A stretch of DNA of 32,000 nt from Alkalilimnicola ehrlichii MLHE-1 (GTDB lineage Bacteria; Pseudomonadota; Gammaproteobacteria; Nitrococcales; Halorhodospiraceae): assembly GCF_000014785.1 (NCBI RefSeq), contig NC_008340.1, positions 1,620,001 through 1,652,000 of the forward strand, in the 5' to 3' direction. The notes beneath the pieces are model-generated. The model worked only from the letters and a program-made list of their open reading frames with translations, was not told the DNA's origin and did not search any database. The translations under genes and the position numbers were made by a program. Of the stretch, positions 28,646-32,000 are shown one piece after another (within the stretch, counting starts at the first letter, position 1; every line of letters starts with the position of its first letter).

Positions 28646-29530
28646 ATGGCCCCTTTGCGTGTCGCCCTGGTCCAGCAACGCTGCGGCCCGGACCCCGATG
28701 ACAACCTCCACCGGACGCTGACCGCCATCGCCGAAGCCGCCGGCCGGGGGGCCGGCCTGGTCCTGCTCCAGGAGCTGCATCGGGGGCGCTACTTCTGCCA
28801 GCAGGAGGATCCGGCCTGTTTCGACCAGGCGGAGCCCGTACCCGGTCCCACCACGGACGCCCTCGGCACGGCAGCACGCGAGCACGGCGTGGTGGTCGTC
28901 GGCTCGGTGTTCGAGCGGCGCGCCCCGGGGCTCTACCACAACACGGCCGTGGTGCTCGATGCGGACGGCAGCCTCGCCGGGCGCTACAGGAAGATGCATA
29001 TCCCGGATGATCCGGGCTACTACGAGAAGTTCTATTTTACCCCGGGCGACTTGGGCTTCGAGCCCGTCCAGACCCGTGTCGGCCGGCTGGGGGTGCTGGT
29101 GTGCTGGGACCAATGGTTCCCCGAAGCGGCCCGTCTGATGGCGCTGGCCGGGGCGGAGGTGCTGCTCTACCCTACCGCCATAGGCTGGACGCCCGATGAC
29201 CGCCCCGATGAACAGGCGCGTCAGCGGGAGGCTTGGATGCTGGCGCAACGGGGCCACGCGGTGAGCAACGGCTTGCCGGTACTGGCCTGTAACCGCACCG
29301 GCGAGGAACCGGACCCGGAGCACCCGGACCAAGGCATCCGTTTCTGGGGCGGCAGCTTCGTCTGCGGCCCGCAGGGCGAGATCCTGGCCCAGGCGGCCAC
29401 CGATGAGGAGTGCGTCCTGACTGTGGACGTTGACCTGCAGGCGGTGGAGCAGGTGCGCCGTATCTGGCCCTTCCTGCGCGACCGGCGTATCGATGCCTAC
29501 AGCGATTTACTTAAACGTTTCAGGGACTAA
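28646..29530 (+). CDS. aguB: N-carbamoylputrescine amidase (nitrilase family)
   Basis: 294 aa MAPLRVALVQQRCGPDPDDNLHRTLTAIAEAAGRGAGLVLLQELHRGRYFCQ...YRKMHIPDDPGYYEKFYFTPGDLGF...GVLVCWDQWFPEAARLMAL: Glu/Lys/Cys nitrilase triad. Confidence 0.95.
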   Translation: MAPLRVALVQQRCGPDPDDNLHRTLTAIAEAAGRGAGLVLLQELHRGRYFCQQEDPACFDQAEPVPGPTTDALGTAAREHGVVVVGSVFERRAPGLYHNTAVVLDADGSLAGRYRKMHIPDDPGYYEKFYFTPGDLGFEPVQTRVGRLGVLVCWDQWFPEAARLMALAGAEVLLYPTAIGWTPDDRPDEQARQREAWMLAQRGHAVSNGLPVLACNRTGEEPDPEHPDQGIRFWGGSFVCGPQGEILAQAATDEECVLTVDVDLQAVEQVRRIWPFLRDRRIDAYSDLLKRFRD

Positions 29531-29533
29531 GAA

Positions 29534-30664
29534 ATGATCCTAATCCTAGCGCCAGACACTGATCGCGAGAGCCCCCAATACCACGAAATGCTCGATCACC
29601 TGAGCCGCCTGCCAGGGGTGACGGCGCGGGTCCACCAGGTTCAGGGGCGGGAGCAGACGCTCACCGAAGTCTACCTCCTGGGCAATACCGCCGCCCTGGA
29701 GGAGTCCGAGATGGCGGCCCTGCCCTGCGTGGAGCGGGTGGTGCGGGTTTCGGCCGATTATCGCATCCTGGGCCGGCACAAGGACGATGACCGGGCGGCG
29801 CATTTCGCCTATAACGGCGTGGATTTCAGCCAGGATAACCTGCACGTCTTCGCCGGCCTCTGCGCCGTCGACACCCCGGAGCACGTGGACCAGACCATGC
29901 GGGCGGTGGCCGAAGCCGGCCTAAGCTGCACCCGGATGGGTGCCTACAAGCCCCGCACCAACCCCTACGCCTTCCAGGGCCATGGCAAGCGCTGCCTGCC
30001 CTGGGTCTTTGAGTCCGCCGGACGCCACGGCATCAAGGTGATCGCCATGGAGGTGACCCACGATGGCCACCTGGAGGAGATCCATGACGCCCTGGAGGCG
30101 GCCGGCCGACCGACCGGGGTGATGCTCCAGATCGGCACCCGCAATACCCAGAACTTCGAGTTGCTCAAGCACGTGGGCCGGCAGACCGACTTTCCGGTCC
30201 TGCTCAAGCGGGGCTTTGGGATCACCCTTGAGGAGTCCTTGAACGCCGCCGAATACCTGGCCAGCGAAGGCAACAGCCGGGTCATCTTCTGCCTGCGCGG
30301 CATGAAGACCCATCTCGGCGACCCGCACCGCAACTTCGTTGACTTCACACACATTCCGGTAGTGAAACGCCTGACCCGGATGCCGGTCTGTATCGACCCC
30401 TCCCACTCGGTGGGGTCCCGGGCCGCCTCACCCGATGGCATCATGGATATGATGCACGCCACCGCCCAAGGGGTGGTCGCCGGCGCCAACATGATCCTGC
30501 TGGACGTGCACCCGGCGCCACAAAAGGCCCTGGTGGACGGGCCCCAGGCCCTGCGGCTCGAGGAACTGCCCTGGTTCCTCGAGGACGTCCGTCTGGCGCG
30601 CGAGGCCTACGAACGGCGCCGTGACCTCGCGCAGCGCTTCCTGGCCGAGCAGAATAGGCAGTAA
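29534..30664 (+). CDS. Divergent type I-beta DAHP-synthase-like enzyme (DAHP synthetase I / KDSA family)
   Basis: N-terminal ~80 aa regulatory-like domain then VFAGLCAVDTPEHVDQ...GAYKPRTNPYAFQGHG...LQIGTRNTQNFELLKHVG...PVLLKRGFGITLEE...CIDPSHSVGSR...DVHPAPQKALVDGPQAL. Confidence 0.85.
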   Translation: MILILAPDTDRESPQYHEMLDHLSRLPGVTARVHQVQGREQTLTEVYLLGNTAALEESEMAALPCVERVVRVSADYRILGRHKDDDRAAHFAYNGVDFSQDNLHVFAGLCAVDTPEHVDQTMRAVAEAGLSCTRMGAYKPRTNPYAFQGHGKRCLPWVFESAGRHGIKVIAMEVTHDGHLEEIHDALEAAGRPTGVMLQIGTRNTQNFELLKHVGRQTDFPVLLKRGFGITLEESLNAAEYLASEGNSRVIFCLRGMKTHLGDPHRNFVDFTHIPVVKRLTRMPVCIDPSHSVGSRAASPDGIMDMMHATAQGVVAGANMILLDVHPAPQKALVDGPQALRLEELPWFLEDVRLAREAYERRRDLAQRFLAEQNRQ

Positions 30665-30721
30665 CCGCCGCCGCCGGCCCGGGCCGCCCGGCCAACGAGG
30701 GCACAGGCGCTCGGGCGGCTG

Positions 30722-30751
30722 TGTCATTCCGCCATTTTTCCGGTTAGAATG
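30722..30751 (+). promoter_or_regulatory. Candidate sigma-70 promoter for infA
   Basis: GTGTCA (30722-30727), 18-nt spacer, TAGAAT (30746-30751), upstream of infA. Confidence 0.4.
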
Positions 30752-30838
30752 CCCGACGACTTGAATTCGGCGCCCCTGGCACCCGCTGCCGGGGGCACCC
30801 CGACACCGGTTTTGTCAGGCAACGCAGAGAGAGGCTGA

Positions 30839-31057
30839 ATGGCAAAGGAAGAGTCCATCAAGATGAACGGCACGGTCATCGAGACCCTGCCGAACACCAT
30901 GTTCCGCGTTGAGCTGGAGAACGGTCACGTGGTGACCGCCCACATCTCCGGGAAGATGCGCAAGCACTACATCCGCATCCTCACCGGCGACAAGGTGACC
31001 GTGGAGTTGACGCCCTACGACCTGAGCAAGGGCCGCATCACCTACCGCGCCCGTTAA
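30839..31057 (+). CDS. infA: Translation initiation factor IF-1
   Basis: 72 aa [72 protein letters not shown]. Confidence 0.99.
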   Translation: MAKEESIKMNGTVIETLPNTMFRVELENGHVVTAHISGKMRKHYIRILTGDKVTVELTPYDLSKGRITYRAR

Positions 31058-31111
31058 GGCCGGCCCCGTGCCGCGCACGGCCCGCGAACGGTGAAACGGG
31101 CAGGCGCCTGA

Positions 31112-32000
31112 TCAGGCGCCCGCCGCGTCCGCCTCCCGGACGTTGATCTTCAGCTCGCCGTCCTCCACGCTGACCTCAACCTCGCCGCCGTCAGCAAGCT
31201 CCCCGAACAGCAGCTTCTCGGCCAGCGGCTTCTTGACGTGCTGCTGGATGATCCGGGCCATGGGTCGGGCGCCCATGCTGGGATCGTAGCCCTTCTCGCC
31301 CAGCCAGCGCCGCGCCGCACCATCGACCATGAGCGTAACCCGCTTTTCGGCCAACTGCACCGAGAGCTCGCGCACGAACTTGTCGACCACCCGCTGCACG
31401 TTGTCCTCGTCCAGCGGGTTGAACTGGACCACGGCATCCAGCCGATTGCGGAACTCCGGCGTGAACTGGCGCTTGATGGCCTCCAGCCCGTCGCTGCTGT
31501 GGTCCTGCGGCATGAAGCCGATGGAGCGACGGCTCATGTCCTCAGCGCCCGCGTTGGTGGTCATAATCAGAATGACATTGCGGAAGTCCGCCTCGCGACC
31601 GTTGTTGTCGGTGAGGGTACCGTGGTCCATCACCTGTAACAGCAGGTTGAAGACGTCCGGGTGGGCCTTCTCCAGCTCGTCAAGCAGGACCACCGAGTGC
31701 GGGTGCTTGATGACCTCCTCGGTGAGCAGGCCGCCCTGGTCGTAGCCCACGTACCCCGGGGGCGCACCGATGAGCCGCGAGACCGTGTGCCGCTCCATGT
31801 ACTCCGACATATCGAAGCGGATCAGCTTCACGCCCATCAGCTCGGCCAGCCGGCGGGAGACCTCGGTCTTGCCCACACCGGTGGGGCCGGAGAAGAGGAA
31901 GCTGCCCACCGGCTTCTCCGGCTGGCCCAGCCCGGCGCGGGAGAGCTTGATGGTGGAGGCGAGGGTGTCGATGGCCTCGTCCTGGCCGAAAATCAGCCCC
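31112..32000 (-). CDS. clpA: ATP-dependent Clp protease ATP-binding subunit ClpA, C-terminal part (truncated by window edge)
   Basis: GLIFGQDEAIDTLASTIKLSRAGL...KPVGSFLFSGPTGVGKTEVSRRLAE...MSEYMERHTVSRLIGAPPGYVGYDQGG...LDELEKAHPDVFN; convergent with infA. Open at right edge. Confidence 0.96.
   Translation of the reverse strand, partial: GLIFGQDEAIDTLASTIKLSRAGLGQPEKPVGSFLFSGPTGVGKTEVSRRLAELMGVKLIRFDMSEYMERHTVSRLIGAPPGYVGYDQGGLLTEEVIKHPHSVVLLDELEKAHPDVFNLLLQVMDHGTLTDNNGREADFRNVILIMTTNAGAEDMSRRSIGFMPQDHSSDGLEAIKRQFTPEFRNRLDAVVQFNPLDEDNVQRVVDKFVRELSVQLAEKRVTLMVDGAARRWLGEKGYDPSMGARPMARIIQQHVKKPLAEKLLFGELADGGEVEVSVEDGELKINVREADAAGA

Noticed and set aside
1-32000. Novel defence, mobile, CRISPR, retron or biosynthetic island
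   Set aside because: No direct repeat array, transposase, integrase, reverse transcriptase, toxin-antitoxin pair or tRNA-bounded insertion seen. Nearly all of the window is conserved housekeeping genes in familiar gammaproteobacterial order.

Overview
This 32 kb window is gene-dense, GC-rich chromosomal core from what looks like a gammaproteobacterium (inferred from gene content and order; an Ectothiorhodospiraceae-like organism is my guess). Most genes lie on the minus strand. In coordinate order: class-V aminotransferase (truncated), PilZ protein, holB, tmk, mltG, pabC, fabF, acpP, fabG, fabD, fabH, plsX, rpmF, yceD (DUF177), maf, sppA, rluC, rne, LMW protein-tyrosine phosphatase, a small orphan ORF, kdsB, lpxK, exbD/tolR-like, exbB/tolQ-like, comEC, a DUF2062-type protein, lolD plus one LolC/E-type permease, sfsA, a small BamE/SmpA-like secreted protein, aguA, aguB, a divergent type I-beta DAHP-synthase-like gene, infA, and the C-terminal part of clpA. 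I see no CRISPR, mobile element, phage, tRNA or rRNA, and no convincing novel defence-type system. The items most worth a second look are: the divergent DAHP-synthase homologue 3 nt downstream of the agmatine deiminase / N-carbamoylputrescine amidase pair; a near-consensus promoter 9 nt from the yceD start codon, implying an almost leaderless mRNA; a strong intrinsic terminator between acpP and fabF; a long rne leader behind an inverted-repeat-overlapped promoter; and a single-permease LolD/LolF-like layout.
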